A DNA stretch of 64,000 nucleotides from Deltaproteobacteria bacterium (GCA_029262455.1 JAJCZJ010000020.1:325078-389077), one strand, 5' to 3'; shown: positions 10,645-21,939, counted from the stretch's first letter. Program-made: numbers and translations. The notes: generated from the sequence alone by a model not told the origin.

Positions 10645-11640
10645 TCATCTCTGGGCGCCGGCGGCCACGTAGGCGACCGTGTGCCCATCATCGCGGAGAC
10701 TCGCAAAGACATCTTCGAGTCGGTCCCCGCCGCCGCTCAGGTATGTGTCGTAGAACGCAATCATCACCTCTGCGGCGACGTCGAGCAACGGATCCGGTTG
10801 CTCTAAGAAGCGTTCGATCATGTTGACGTGATTGCCGCCAACCATCTCGATGAGGATCTTGGGAGCCTCGAGTGCCGCGTGAAAATCGCGCGAAGCTTGT
10901 GGTGGGATTGGGAAATCGACGTCGCCCTGGAAGGTCAATGTCGGTGGACCAGCCGCGCCGAACGGTTCGCCAAAAAATGGAGCGACGGCGGTCGCGGCGG
11001 GCTCGACGAACACTGTGGCCGCGATCCGGGAATCGGCACAACAAGGCGATCGGGTTGCCGCGATCACAGTCGTTCCGCCGAGAGAGTGCCCCATGGCACC
11101 GACACCGCGGTCGTCGACGCGCTGATACAATGGATCGCCCGGATCGTTGCTCGCCTCGAGTAGCGCGTTGACAACAACCGACAGGTCCTGTGGTTGCTCG
11201 CGAACATCGCCAATGCCGCTATTAAAGCCCCCCGGGGCGTCCTGATTCGTCAGCGGGAAGGCAACGGCGACGGCTATGTAGCCGGCCGCCGCCAGACGTT
11301 GTCCGATCGCATCAAAGCGTTCCGTCCTGCCACCGAAACCGTGAGCGAGCAGGACGAGCCTGCAGCGACTACCGCGGCACGCCGGCCGACTCAGTGGCGT
11401 GGCGGCGTACCAGAGCCGGGTTTCCAGCACCCGATCAATGCGCCCCGCAAAGTCGCCGTTTGGCGGCGTTGCCCGTGTCGAGTCGGTGATCGTGCGTGTT
11501 TCTTCGATCACATCTTCAAGAGCGACGTCGGTCGGAAAACCGCCACCGTCGTCATCCCCACACGAGATTGCGAGCGACGCAGCCGCAACCACGACCACGA
11601 TTTGTTTCGCCATGAGCCGGTCGCTTGCCAGATACCTCAT
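10645..11640 (-). CDS. Lipoprotein alpha/beta-hydrolase (dienelactone hydrolase / PAF-acetylhydrolase / chlorophyllase-like)
   Basis: ORF 10645..11871 trimmed to ATG 11640, which has a GGGAGGA SD upstream. Lipobox-like LAISC. VLLAHGFGG and nucleophile elbow GHSLGG. Confidence 0.75.
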   Translation of the reverse strand: MRYLASDRLMAKQIVVVVAAASLAISCGDDDGGGFPTDVALEDVIEETRTITDSTRATPPNGDFAGRIDRVLETRLWYAATPLSRPACRGSRCRLVLLAHGFGGRTERFDAIGQRLAAAGYIAVAVAFPLTNQDAPGGFNSGIGDVREQPQDLSVVVNALLEASNDPGDPLYQRVDDRGVGAMGHSLGGTTVIAATRSPCCADSRIAATVFVEPAATAVAPFFGEPFGAAGPPTLTFQGDVDFPIPPQASRDFHAALEAPKILIEMVGGNHVNMIERFLEQPDPLLDVAAEVMIAFYDTYLSGGGDRLEDVFASLRDDGHTVAYVAAGAQR

Positions 11641-11741
11641 CGGGCGCAGTCCTCCCTGTAGCCATCGTTGAAGTCGAATGAACAGACCCGTGGATATACT
11701 TCGACGGCTGCGAGCAGTACAGCACCGCGATCCGAACCCGA

Positions 11742-13133
11742 TCACAGTGCAGGCGACGGTCTCGAGACCCACCACAACCGCGCGCTCAACAAGCACGCTG
11801 CCGTGGCGAGACCAGCGAGTAAGCCATACCACACACCCGTAGCACCAATCGGGGTAAAAAGCCCGAGCCAAGCGGAGACGGGAAACCCGACCAACCAGTA
11901 GCTGACGAATGTGATGTACATCGGCAAGCGAACATCTTTCAGCCCACGCAGCGCTTGGTTGGCGGAAACCTGTGTCGCGTCAAAGAGGGCGAAGGTCGCC
12001 GCAATCGGCAGGAACGACGATGCAAGACCGAGCACTGTCGCGTTCAACGGGTCAGCCGCATCGAGGTAGAGTCCCGCGATCCCGGTGGGGACCGTCATCG
12101 CCGGCACCGCTACGAACATGATCGCTCCGATGCAAGACAGGATGGAAACCACCGCTGCGCGGCGCACCCCCGCTGCGTCGCGCGCACCCGCCATGAGTCC
12201 GACGCGCACCCCGCCGGCCATCGACAAGCCCAACGGCATCATGAACGCAAGCGCCGCGACATTGAGCGCAACTTGGTACGCAGCCATTTCGTCGATGCCG
12301 ATGCGTCCCATCAGGAAGACAGCCGCGTTGAACAACATCGCCTCGAAAAACATGGTGAAGCCGATGGGCCAGCTCAGCTGCACCAACTCATCGAGGCTCA
12401 CCCAACAGGGCTTGGAAAAGTTCGAGAAGAGCGCAAAGCGCCGGCTCGCAGATTCCAGATTGATGTAAGCGACGAGAGAGAAGAAGCCAGCGGCGTGCGA
12501 GATCGAGGACGCGATCCCAGCTCCCACGAGTTCGAGCCGGGGAAATCCCCAATTGCCGTAGATGAGCAGCCAATTGAGGAGCGCGTTGAGCAACGTCGAA
12601 ATGACGATAATGACAAGCGGTGCGCGCGTCCGTTCGATCGCAGCAAGAAAATTGCGCAGCGCCACGACTCCGAGAGCAAACGGCAATCCCGCGGCGAGCG
12701 CTAACACGTAGGGCTCGGCCATCGCAGCCGGGAGAGCCGGCTGACCGAGAATCTGGGCGATCTCCTCCGTAAAGAGAAAGGTGATCGACAGGATCGGGAT
12801 ACAGACGCCAATCGTCCACAACCCCATGCGCACCGCTCGTCGCACGCTCGCGGTATCATCTGGATCGGCACCGAGCGCCTGGGAGACCATCGGCGACACG
12901 GCCATCGCCGGACCGAAGCCGAAAAGAAACATCGCGTAAAAAATGACTTGGCCAAGTGACGCGCTCGCCAACGCCTCCGGCCCGAGCCGACCGATCATCA
13001 AGACGTCCACGGTGTTGATGGAGAACTGGACGAGCTGCGTCAGTCCCATCGGGATGCCGATGGCCAGGAGCGCAAGAAATTCGCGCCGCCAGGGGCCCGC
13101 TGGAGTGTTCGATCGGTTCGCTGAAGTCGCCAT
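11742..13133 (-). CDS. MATE family efflux transporter
   Basis: 463 aa, about 12 hydrophobic helices. N-terminus REFLALLAIGIPMGLTQLVQFSINTVDVLMIGRLGPEALAS is typical of NorM/DinF-type MATE. Confidence 0.85.
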   Translation of the reverse strand: MATSANRSNTPAGPWRREFLALLAIGIPMGLTQLVQFSINTVDVLMIGRLGPEALASASLGQVIFYAMFLFGFGPAMAVSPMVSQALGADPDDTASVRRAVRMGLWTIGVCIPILSITFLFTEEIAQILGQPALPAAMAEPYVLALAAGLPFALGVVALRNFLAAIERTRAPLVIIVISTLLNALLNWLLIYGNWGFPRLELVGAGIASSISHAAGFFSLVAYINLESASRRFALFSNFSKPCWVSLDELVQLSWPIGFTMFFEAMLFNAAVFLMGRIGIDEMAAYQVALNVAALAFMMPLGLSMAGGVRVGLMAGARDAAGVRRAAVVSILSCIGAIMFVAVPAMTVPTGIAGLYLDAADPLNATVLGLASSFLPIAATFALFDATQVSANQALRGLKDVRLPMYITFVSYWLVGFPVSAWLGLFTPIGATGVWYGLLAGLATAACLLSARLWWVSRPSPAL

Positions 13134-13445
13134 GATATTCGACCGAAGATGCTACAAGAGGCTAGCTGGCGATAGGGCCTCGATTTCGACGATCGACGAA
13201 CCATCGCGCGCGATCGCGCATGAGACCAGAAGTGGCGGCGAACCACGACGTGTGCAGTCGGCCAGCTTAATCCCAACCTACGTCAACCCAAAATCCTGGC
13301 TCGCTTCCTTGCAAGCCAGGGAACTTCCGAGTCAGATCGTTGGTTCTCCTGTCGGCAATACGCTTTGACGAACCGTCCAAAGAATTGGACGCGGTGCAAT
13401 CTGCCAACGGTCATCAATTCCCACACCAATCAAAGGAGCATACTC

Positions 13446-15086
13446 ATGAAGGCAAGTGACCTATTGGTCCGCGCCCTGGAGAACGAGGGGGTCGAGTACA
13501 TCTTCGGCATTCCCGGCGAAGAGAATCTCGATTTACTCGAATCACTCAGATCCTCAAAAATCCGCTTGATCCTGACACGCCACGAACAGGCAGCTGGATT
13601 CATGGCCGCAACGGTCGGCCGGCTCACCGGCAAGGTCGGCGTGTGTCTATCGACGCTCGGACCAGGCGCGACCAACTTCATGACCGCCGCATCCTACGCT
13701 TTGCTGGCCGGACTGCCGGTCTTGTTCATCACAGGTCAAAAGCCAATCAAGAAGAGCAAACAGGGACGTTTTCAGATCATCGACATCGTGCGGATGATGG
13801 AGCCGGTAACCAAGCTCAGCAAGCAGATCGTCGACGGCAACAACATCCCCTACTTCGTACGCGAAGCCTTCCGCGTCGCCCGACAAGAGAAACCCGGGCC
13901 AATCCATCTGGAACTACCGGAGGATATCGCGGCCGAAGAAGTCGACCGCCATCCGTTTGCAGTGACCGAGCCGACACCGCCGGGAGCGAGTCACTCCGCT
14001 CTCAAACACGCCGCAGAATTGGTCATGCAAGCCAAGCGCCCGCTGCTCTGCGTCGCGGCCGGCGCAAACCGGCAAGACACACGCGCCGCGCTCGAGCAGC
14101 TGATCAACAACACCGGACTATATTTCGTAACCACTCAAATGGGCAAAGGCGCGGTCGACGAACGCCACGACCGTTTTCTCGGCACGACAGCTCTTTCGAG
14201 TGACGACTACGTTCATTGCGCCATTGAGCGTGCGGACCTCATCGTCAACTTCGGTCACGACCTGAGCGAAAAACCGCCGTTCTTCATGAAGGAGGGGGGT
14301 CGAACCGTGATCCACGTGTCCTACTCACCGGCCGAAATGGACGACGTGTACTTCCCGCAACACGAGGTGATCGGCTGCACCGCGGCCAACGCGACATCCC
14401 TGAGCGATCTCATCAAGCCCTCGGAGCATTGGGATCTCGACTACTTCGCAAGGGTCAAAGAGCAGGTCGATACGCACGTACTGCACCACTTCGGCGACGA
14501 ACGCTTTCCGTTCCTGCCACCGCGCGCTGTGCACGAGGTGCGCTCCGCGGTGAAGAGCGACGCCATCCTTTCGCTGGACAACGGTATGTACAAGATCTGG
14601 TTCGCCCGAAACTACCAGGCGCACGCCCCGAACACCGTGCTGCTCGACAATGCCCTGGCGACCATGGGCGCCGGTCTACCGGTCGCGATCGGGGCCAAAC
14701 TTCTCCGGCCCGATCGCCAGGTGATAGCCGTCTGCGGCGATGGCGGCTTTATGATGAACTCACAGGAATTGGAAACCGCGGTCCGACTCGAACTGGATCT
14801 CGTCGTCCTCGTGCTACGCGACGACTCCTACGGAATGATTCGCTGGAAGCAGGAGTCCGTCGGCTTCCCCGACTGGGGGTTGGAGTTCAAGAACCCCGAC
14901 TTCGTTCGCTACGCCGAATGCTACGGCGCCACGGGACACCGCGTGAAAGAAATCGGCGGTCTCGAAGAAACAATGCGCCGGGCGTTGGCCGCGGGCGGAG
15001 TCCATCTGATCGAAGCGCCGATCGACTACTCGGAAGACAATCACGCGCTCGGAGAGGCCCTGCGCGAAAGAACATGTGCAATCTGA
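13446..15086 (+). CDS. Thiamine-diphosphate enzyme, acetolactate synthase large-subunit-like
   Basis: ATG 13446 follows AAAGGAG. GIPGEENLDLL, RHEQAAGFMA, GPGATN, ThDP-binding GDGGFMMNSQELET. Confidence 0.85.
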   Translation: MKASDLLVRALENEGVEYIFGIPGEENLDLLESLRSSKIRLILTRHEQAAGFMAATVGRLTGKVGVCLSTLGPGATNFMTAASYALLAGLPVLFITGQKPIKKSKQGRFQIIDIVRMMEPVTKLSKQIVDGNNIPYFVREAFRVARQEKPGPIHLELPEDIAAEEVDRHPFAVTEPTPPGASHSALKHAAELVMQAKRPLLCVAAGANRQDTRAALEQLINNTGLYFVTTQMGKGAVDERHDRFLGTTALSSDDYVHCAIERADLIVNFGHDLSEKPPFFMKEGGRTVIHVSYSPAEMDDVYFPQHEVIGCTAANATSLSDLIKPSEHWDLDYFARVKEQVDTHVLHHFGDERFPFLPPRAVHEVRSAVKSDAILSLDNGMYKIWFARNYQAHAPNTVLLDNALATMGAGLPVAIGAKLLRPDRQVIAVCGDGGFMMNSQELETAVRLELDLVVLVLRDDSYGMIRWKQESVGFPDWGLEFKNPDFVRYAECYGATGHRVKEIGGLEETMRRALAAGGVHLIEAPIDYSEDNHALGEALRERTCAI

Positions 15087-15096
15087 GGAGATAGGG

Positions 15097-16482
15097 ATGT
15101 CCATCCGAATCGAAGCGGCCTACGACGGAAGCCTGATCGAGGAACTGCCACTGCACACAGAAGCCGAGGCCATCGAGATGATGAGCGCTGCCCACGCCGC
15201 GTACATGGATCGCACTCGGTGGCTGCCGGCCCACCAGCGCATCGCCATTCTCGAGAAAGTAGCCGACGCAATTTCGTCACGCACGGAAGAGTTGGCCCTG
15301 CAGGCAGCCCGAGAAGGAGGCAAGCCGCTGCAAGATTCCCGCGTCGAAGTCGCCCGGGCTGTAGACGGTGTGAAGACCGCGATCGAGACATTGCGGCAAT
15401 TGGGTGGCACAGAAATTCCGATGGGCATCACCCCTTCGTCTGCGGGACGGACTGCGCACACCTACCGCGAGCCACGCGGTGTGGTGCTGGCGATCAGCGC
15501 CTTCAACCACCCCTTCAACCTGATCGTGCACCAAGTCGTCACCGCAGTGGCGGCAGGATGTCCGGTGGTGGTCAAGCCCGCCGCCACCACTCCCTTGTCT
15601 TGCCGATCCCTCGTACGGATCGTGCAAGAAGCGGGACTGCCGACCGATCTGTGCCATTTCGTCTTGTGCGAGCGAGATGTTGCTGAACGCCTTGTGACCG
15701 ATCGGCGAACGGCTTTTCTCACATTCATCGGCTCAGCCCGGGTCGGCTGGAGTCTGCGCTCGAAGTTACCACCCGGGGCGGCATGTGCCCTCGAGCACGG
15801 CGGTGTGGCACCAGCAGTCGTCGATGCTACGGCCGACATCGACGATGCCCTGCCGCTCCTCGTCAAAGGCGGCTTCTACCACGCCGGCCAGGTCTGCGTG
15901 TCGGTCCAGCGCATCTACGTCGACGACACGATCGCAGACGACTTCGTGCAGGGCTTCGAGCAGCAAGTGCGCGACCTGAAGGTCGGCGATCCTACGGATC
16001 CCGGTACCGAGGTCGGCCCGTTGATCCTGCCGCGCGAGGTCGACCGTGTAGACGAGTGGGTCAAGGAAGCTGTCGCCGCGGGCGCCGAACTGCGATGCGG
16101 CGGCGAGAGAGTTTCACCCCACGTCTACGCCCCAACGATTCTCGTCGATCCACCCGACGACGCACGCGTCACAACTTCCGAGATTTTCGGGCCCGTGGTT
16201 TGCGTCTACCGATACAAAGATCTCGACGAGGCGGTGCGGAGGGCCAACGCCCCCGACAGCTACTTCCAGGCGTCGGTCTTTACGCAGCGACTCGATGTCG
16301 CCTTGGATCTGTCCAGGCGCTTGAATGGCATGGCGGTGATGGTCAACGATCACACCGCCTTTCGCGTCGACTGGATGCCGTTCGGCGGGCACCGCCAATC
16401 CGGTCTCGGTCGCGGCGGCATCGGATACACGATCGAAGACATGTCGATCGAGCGCATGGTGGTCTTCCGAACGCCGCATTGA
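15097..16482 (+). CDS. NAD(P)-dependent aldehyde dehydrogenase
   Basis: ATG 15097 follows GAGGAG. VVKPAATTPLS, LEHGGVAP, GQVCVSVQR (catalytic Cys context), EIFGPV. Confidence 0.85.
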   Translation: MSIRIEAAYDGSLIEELPLHTEAEAIEMMSAAHAAYMDRTRWLPAHQRIAILEKVADAISSRTEELALQAAREGGKPLQDSRVEVARAVDGVKTAIETLRQLGGTEIPMGITPSSAGRTAHTYREPRGVVLAISAFNHPFNLIVHQVVTAVAAGCPVVVKPAATTPLSCRSLVRIVQEAGLPTDLCHFVLCERDVAERLVTDRRTAFLTFIGSARVGWSLRSKLPPGAACALEHGGVAPAVVDATADIDDALPLLVKGGFYHAGQVCVSVQRIYVDDTIADDFVQGFEQQVRDLKVGDPTDPGTEVGPLILPREVDRVDEWVKEAVAAGAELRCGGERVSPHVYAPTILVDPPDDARVTTSEIFGPVVCVYRYKDLDEAVRRANAPDSYFQASVFTQRLDVALDLSRRLNGMAVMVNDHTAFRVDWMPFGGHRQSGLGRGGIGYTIEDMSIERMVVFRTPH

Positions 16483-16732
16483 GAAAGCCCGTGTGGCATA
16501 CGCGGTTTGACGAATCGGCAGAATGGGCTAGTTCTTCCACAATGGTTAGACTCCTGCCTCCCACTGCCACAACGATGTTCTCGTCGACCTACCCGGCGGC
16601 TCTTTCGAACGCCGAGGCGACGTCATTGGCGGCGTTCGCCATGCTAGGGGTTTACCGACTCGGAAAGCCAGGCCACTGGGCCTGAGAAACCGCCCGCTCG
16701 GCCTCAACATCTAAGACCACGACAAAGGGCGT

Positions 16733-18856
16733 ATGGTTTCAGAAAACCAAGTCGGTTCGAGTTTGCGCTGGTGGGCCATCGTCGGGCTTGGGATCGCAGG
16801 ATATCTCGCTGCCTTCGCCCTATGGCAGATCTCGGACACCGAGCTGCCGGCAACCGGACCACCGGGACGCGGCGCTGATCTGAAGTCGTACTTCCTTCCC
16901 GGTATGGCTTTCATTCGCCAGTCATTGCTCGACGGCGAGCTGCCGCTTTGGAATCCATACGCACTGGCCGGCTCTCCGTTCATCGCGCTACACCACCCGG
17001 GCGCTCTTTACCCACTGCTCGTCGCCTTCGCTCCCCTGCCCCCACACCTAGCCATCGCTGCGCACGGACTCCTCCACCTCGCACTCGCGGGCATTTTCAC
17101 CGCCGTCTACGCGAGAAAAGTCGGCCTGCAGGCCGGAGCCTGTCTCGCTGCAGGCCTTGCGTACATGGGTTCCGGGCCCTTGATTACGGCCCTGTTCAAC
17201 ACTGCCTACCTGTCGACCTTCGTCTGGCTTCCGGCGATCCTTTGGGCCATCGAGCACCTTTGCGACAGGCCAGGTCGACTTGCAGCGGTGCGAATGGCTG
17301 GCGCGATCGCCCTTTGCTTTCTCGCCGGGCACGTACAGGCCTTTGTCTATTCAGTCCAATTCGCTGCGCTCTATGGAGCCGCCCGGTTGTTCGCCTCACA
17401 ACCGAGACAACGCTGGCTAGCCACCATCGGGTGGAGCTTTGCAGCGGGCCTACTAGCTGTTGGATTAATCGCCATACAGCTACTCCCAACGGCAAGCCAT
17501 GCAGCTTCGGCGGCTCGCAGTTTGGAGGGCCTTGTATACAATCTAGCCCGCTGGTCTCAGCTGCGATGGACGGCACTGCCGGAAATTCTCGCCGGCCAAG
17601 GCCACTACCCGTTCAGTCTGCCGTTCCTTTTCGCCCCTTTGGTCGTCGCAGCGCTGTTGTCGAGCCAGCGCATGGTCGCCGCAACGCTCTTGGCGATCTT
17701 CCTCCTTTGCTTCGACTTCATGACCGGGGGGCATGCCTTTGGTTCCAGATTCTACTACGCCCTCCCCGCTGGAAATCTGTTTCGCTTCCCCACGCGCATG
17801 GACTTTGCCTATCACTTCGCAGCCGCCACACTTATCGGATTCGGGGCGAATTTCTTTATCCTGCAGGCCAAGCGACGGAGTTCCCGATTCGCGCTCATCG
17901 CTAGCATCCTGATTCCTTCGCTCCTGGCGATCGACCTATTCTCGCGCAATCGTCTCCCGTATCACTACGACCTCTGGAGCGACCCGTTCTCAACCAGTGC
18001 CGTAGACAACACGGTCGATCTAGCCGCGACCGCCGGCTACGATCGGATGTTCATTCAGAACCACGCCTGGGTGACCGTACCGCTCAAGTTCGGGACGCTG
18101 CGCGGCGTTTTCGCTCTGCCGGATTACGATCCGATGCCACCTGGCCTCTACACTGAGTTCTTCGAAGTGCCAGGTGCGCTGTGGCACGGCCGACTCGAAG
18201 TCGTCGATCCGTGGCCAGGAAAGCAGAAAAACCGAAACCTGCAGCCGGCCAGCAGGCTCGACCTACTCAGTGTTCGTTACTACGTTGACGCACGGACAAA
18301 CGCTGTCAGAACCGGCCCCAACGGCATGGCTACCGTGGCCAAAGCCCACCGCATTCGCAGAGGCCCCCCCGCGGCTTACAAGCGCGAATCGGCCCTGCCT
18401 CGGACCTACATCGTCAAGGACGTTATCGCAGCGACGTCGGACGATGAAGCCTTGGCGCGAGTCAAAGCGCTCGACTTTGACCCCAGGCAAACCGCTGTTG
18501 TCATCGGCACCGACGCATTTCCATCAACACCGCTGAGCCCTGACGACAGCGCCCGGATCACCGCCTTCAGGCGCAACGATGTCTCGATCGAAGCCTCTTG
18601 CACTTCCGATTGCCTGCTCGTACTCACAGACCTCTACGACCCAGACTGGTCCGTGCACGTCGACGGAGCACCGCGCGAACTCCTGCGCGCCAACTACCTG
18701 GTGCGCGGAGTCCGACTCGAGGCGGGAACCCACAGGGTCGACTTCCACTACCGCGCGCCCGCGTTCTGGACCGGCGCGGCGACCACCTTGATCACCATGA
18801 CCATCGCCATATACCTGGCCGCAAGCGGACGACGGAGGCCCTCTCGTGAGCCCTGA
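16733..18856 (+). CDS. YfhO-like polytopic membrane glycosyltransferase (GT-C-like), paralog 1
   Basis: LKSYFLPGMAFIRQSLLDGELPLWNPYALAGSPF, many TM helices. C-terminal DLYDPDWSVHVDGAPRELLRANYLVRGVRLEAGTHRVDFHYRAP is typical of the YfhO C-terminal domain. Confidence 0.7.
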   Translation: MVSENQVGSSLRWWAIVGLGIAGYLAAFALWQISDTELPATGPPGRGADLKSYFLPGMAFIRQSLLDGELPLWNPYALAGSPFIALHHPGALYPLLVAFAPLPPHLAIAAHGLLHLALAGIFTAVYARKVGLQAGACLAAGLAYMGSGPLITALFNTAYLSTFVWLPAILWAIEHLCDRPGRLAAVRMAGAIALCFLAGHVQAFVYSVQFAALYGAARLFASQPRQRWLATIGWSFAAGLLAVGLIAIQLLPTASHAASAARSLEGLVYNLARWSQLRWTALPEILAGQGHYPFSLPFLFAPLVVAALLSSQRMVAATLLAIFLLCFDFMTGGHAFGSRFYYALPAGNLFRFPTRMDFAYHFAAATLIGFGANFFILQAKRRSSRFALIASILIPSLLAIDLFSRNRLPYHYDLWSDPFSTSAVDNTVDLAATAGYDRMFIQNHAWVTVPLKFGTLRGVFALPDYDPMPPGLYTEFFEVPGALWHGRLEVVDPWPGKQKNRNLQPASRLDLLSVRYYVDARTNAVRTGPNGMATVAKAHRIRRGPPAAYKRESALPRTYIVKDVIAATSDDEALARVKALDFDPRQTAVVIGTDAFPSTPLSPDDSARITAFRRNDVSIEASCTSDCLLVLTDLYDPDWSVHVDGAPRELLRANYLVRGVRLEAGTHRVDFHYRAPAFWTGAATTLITMTIAIYLAASGRRRPSREP

Positions 18857-21008
18857 GAACCCCGACGCGAGTTCAGATGCCGTTCGGAACAACCGCCACG
18901 CAACCTTGCGATGGTGGTTGGTCGTCGGGCTCGGGATCGGGGGATTCCTCGCTGCGTTTATCGTCTTCCGCCTACTCGACCAGAGCCTTCCGCTCACCGG
19001 CCCGCCGGCGAACGGCGCCGACCTAAAGTCCTATTTCATTCCGGCGATGGCGTTCATGCGACAGGCCTTCTTCGACGGCGAGCTGCCCCTGTGGAACCCG
19101 TACCAACTCGCCGGGTCTCCGTTCATTGCGCTCCATGGACCAGGCGCGCTCTACCCGTTGCTCTTCATCTTCACTCCACTACCGCCCCACGTCGCGCTGA
19201 TCGCACACGCCCTGCTCCACTACGTTCTCGCTGGACTGTTCAGCGCGCTGTACGCGCGAAAGATCGGTCTACCAAGTGCCGCATGTCTCGTGGCTGGACT
19301 CGCGTACGTGGGCTCGCCGCCACTCGTCGACGCCGCATTCAACACGGGATACCTGTCGACCTTCGTCTGGCTTCCGGCGATCCTGCTGGCAGTCGAGAGC
19401 ATCTGCGACACGCCCGGGCGTCGGACGGCGGTTCTCCTAGCCGGAGTCCTGGCGCTCTGCTTTTTGGCCGGACACCCCCAGGCGTTCGTTTATTCCGTCT
19501 TCATCGCCGCACCCTACGGCGCCCTGCGCCTGTTGACCTCCCAACCTTCTGCAAAGTGGGTGTCGATTCTCGTCTGGAGTACGACAGCAGGCTTGCTGGC
19601 GGCTGGTCTGATGGCGATACAGATCCTACCGACCGCCAGCCACGCCAACACCGCCGCCAGAAACCTCGACGGTCTCAACTATCATCTCGCACGATGGTCG
19701 GCCCTGCGATGGCATCATCTACCTAGCCTTCTCACCGGCCAAGACGGCCCCCCGCTCGGTCTACCATTTCTCTTCGCGCCCCTAACCATCGCTGCGCTCT
19801 TCTCGCGCCAACGCGTACTCGCGCTGACTCTGCTGTCGATCTTTCTATTGTCCTTCGACTACATGACCGGCGTCAGCGCACTCGGGTCAAAACTCTACTA
19901 TGCCTTGCCTGCGGGGAATCTGTTTCGTCTCCCCCAACGAATGGCATTTGCGTACCACGCGCTTGCCGCTGCATTAATGGCGCTCGGCGTGAGCGCCGTA
20001 ATCTCCGGAGCCAAACGCTGGGGATCTACCCTCGCGATCATCGCGGCAATCACGATCCCGGCGATCCTCGCACTCGATCTCTTCGTCCGTAATCCACTTC
20101 GTTTTCGCTACGACCTCTGGCGCGCCCCCTGGTCGGTCCCCGGAGCCGCAGAAACCTCACCCCTATTGAACGCAGCCGGCTTCGACCGACTTTTCATCCA
20201 GAATCGGGCCAAAGTAACAATACCGCGAAAATTTGGAATGTTGCATCGAGCGTTCATCCTGCCGGACTACGATCCGTTGCTCCCCGGCATCTACCGCCCG
20301 TTCTTTCAGATCCCGCCGAAAGGGCTGTGGCACGGTACCCTCGACATTGTCGATCCGTGGCGCGGCAGACCGCTAAATTCTGTGCGCAAGCCGATTCTGC
20401 AACCCCCAACACGCCTCGATTTACTCAGCGTTCGCTACTACGTGGATGCTCGCCACGGAGCCGCTAGCGACCCGAAAAAACTAGGCCCGGCCTCCCAACT
20501 CGCGGACATCCACGTCGGGCAACACGCTGTCTACAAACGTGAGACGGCAGTGCCCCGCACGTACATCGTGAAGGACATCGTCGGTGTGAATTCGGAGGCA
20601 GATGCCTTGGCGAGAGTGCACGCCCTCGACTTCGACCCTGCTCGGACGGCCATTGTCGTCGGTCCCCCTGCACAATCCTCAGAAACTCCGGCGGCGAACG
20701 AAGGGGCGCGCATCACGTCTTTTCGCCGCAACGACGTTCGCATCGAAGCATCCTGCAATTCGGATTGCCTGCTCGTCCTGACCGACCTGTACGACCCCGA
20801 TTGGTCAGTTCAGGTCGACGGGCAACCTACAACGTTGCTGCGCACCAACTACTTGGTTCGTGGCGTCCGGCTCAACCCTGGAACCCACACCGTAGATTTC
20901 CACTATCGCGCCCCCGCCTTCTGGACCGGTGCTGCGATCACGCTTGCGGCGCTGCTGGTGTCAGGCTACCTCGCCCTGTCCGGAAGAGAACATAAGCGAG
21001 TCGGCTAG
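18846..21008 (+). CDS. YfhO-like polytopic membrane glycosyltransferase, paralog 2
   Basis: GTG start overlaps the upstream stop by 11 nt. Long blocks identical to paralog 1, for example a 34-nt identical DNA stretch at about 17209-17242 and about 19351-19384. Confidence 0.7.
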   Translation: MSPENPDASSDAVRNNRHATLRWWLVVGLGIGGFLAAFIVFRLLDQSLPLTGPPANGADLKSYFIPAMAFMRQAFFDGELPLWNPYQLAGSPFIALHGPGALYPLLFIFTPLPPHVALIAHALLHYVLAGLFSALYARKIGLPSAACLVAGLAYVGSPPLVDAAFNTGYLSTFVWLPAILLAVESICDTPGRRTAVLLAGVLALCFLAGHPQAFVYSVFIAAPYGALRLLTSQPSAKWVSILVWSTTAGLLAAGLMAIQILPTASHANTAARNLDGLNYHLARWSALRWHHLPSLLTGQDGPPLGLPFLFAPLTIAALFSRQRVLALTLLSIFLLSFDYMTGVSALGSKLYYALPAGNLFRLPQRMAFAYHALAAALMALGVSAVISGAKRWGSTLAIIAAITIPAILALDLFVRNPLRFRYDLWRAPWSVPGAAETSPLLNAAGFDRLFIQNRAKVTIPRKFGMLHRAFILPDYDPLLPGIYRPFFQIPPKGLWHGTLDIVDPWRGRPLNSVRKPILQPPTRLDLLSVRYYVDARHGAASDPKKLGPASQLADIHVGQHAVYKRETAVPRTYIVKDIVGVNSEADALARVHALDFDPARTAIVVGPPAQSSETPAANEGARITSFRRNDVRIEASCNSDCLLVLTDLYDPDWSVQVDGQPTTLLRTNYLVRGVRLNPGTHTVDFHYRAPAFWTGAAITLAALLVSGYLALSGREHKRVG

Positions 21009-21114
21009 GCGAAACGACCTTCCGCCGTCCAGCGCAGGATCGGCTCTTGCGAGCCGAACAATCGCCGAGGCCCCCGACGCACGTAACCCCTGGAAGCGTG
21101 AAATCATCCAGACT

Positions 21115-21939
21115 ATGTTATCTCGGATGAGCCAAGGAGCGACATTCCCAACTCCCCCCCTCTCTGTGGTAATACCGGCCTTCGAGGAGTCCAGTCGCAT
21201 CGGCCCTCCACTCGCAAAAATTTGCCAGTATATTGCACAGAACCACCCGGGCACTGAGATCATCATCGTCGACGACGGCAGTCGCGACAGTACCTCGGAA
21301 ACGGTTGAGAAGCTCGCCCCGGATCTGCCATGCCCGGTCACCCTGTTGCGCTATGAGAAAAATCGCGGCAAGGGCTACGCGCTGCGCGTAGGTTTCGCGC
21401 ACAGCAGCGGGCAGCGCGTCCTGTTTACCGATTGCGATCTTTCGACGCCGATCGAGGAACTCGATCGGCTTCTCCCCGCGATCGAGGATGGCGCCGATGT
21501 GGTGATCGGCTCGCGGAAGATGACCGGTGCCGACATCGTCGTTCATCAAAAATGGTACCGCGAGCGGCTCGGCAAAGTCTTTACGTTTCTCGTCAACATC
21601 GCAATCGCCAACGTCAGCGACGCAACGTGCGGTTTCAAGCTCTTCGACGGTGACGTTGGCCGGAAACTCTTCGCACTCGGTCAAATCGACGACTGGAGTT
21701 TCGACGCCGAAATCCTCTTCCTAGCCAGCCGACAGAACCATCGCATCGTCGAGATTCCCGTAACCTGGCGCGATGCCGAGGGCACAAAAGTCCGCCTTGG
21801 CCGCGACGCGCTCGCGGCCCTGACTGGGCTGATGCGCATTCGATGGCTGGCGCTGCGCGGCGTCTATCGGGAGGCTGCTTCTCCGAGCCTGGACTCCTCC
21901 GTCGAAGTCAAGATGCTGCCTGACCGGCTCATATCGTGA
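21115..21939 (+). CDS. GT2 polyprenol-phosphate glycosyltransferase (DPM1/GtrB/CsbB/ALG5-like)
   Basis: ORF 20929..21939 trimmed to ATG 21115. LSVVIPAFEE, IIIVDDGSRDST, NRGKGYAL, FTDCDLSTP, DAEILFLA. Confidence 0.8.
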   Translation: MLSRMSQGATFPTPPLSVVIPAFEESSRIGPPLAKICQYIAQNHPGTEIIIVDDGSRDSTSETVEKLAPDLPCPVTLLRYEKNRGKGYALRVGFAHSSGQRVLFTDCDLSTPIEELDRLLPAIEDGADVVIGSRKMTGADIVVHQKWYRERLGKVFTFLVNIAIANVSDATCGFKLFDGDVGRKLFALGQIDDWSFDAEILFLASRQNHRIVEIPVTWRDAEGTKVRLGRDALAALTGLMRIRWLALRGVYREAASPSLDSSVEVKMLPDRLIS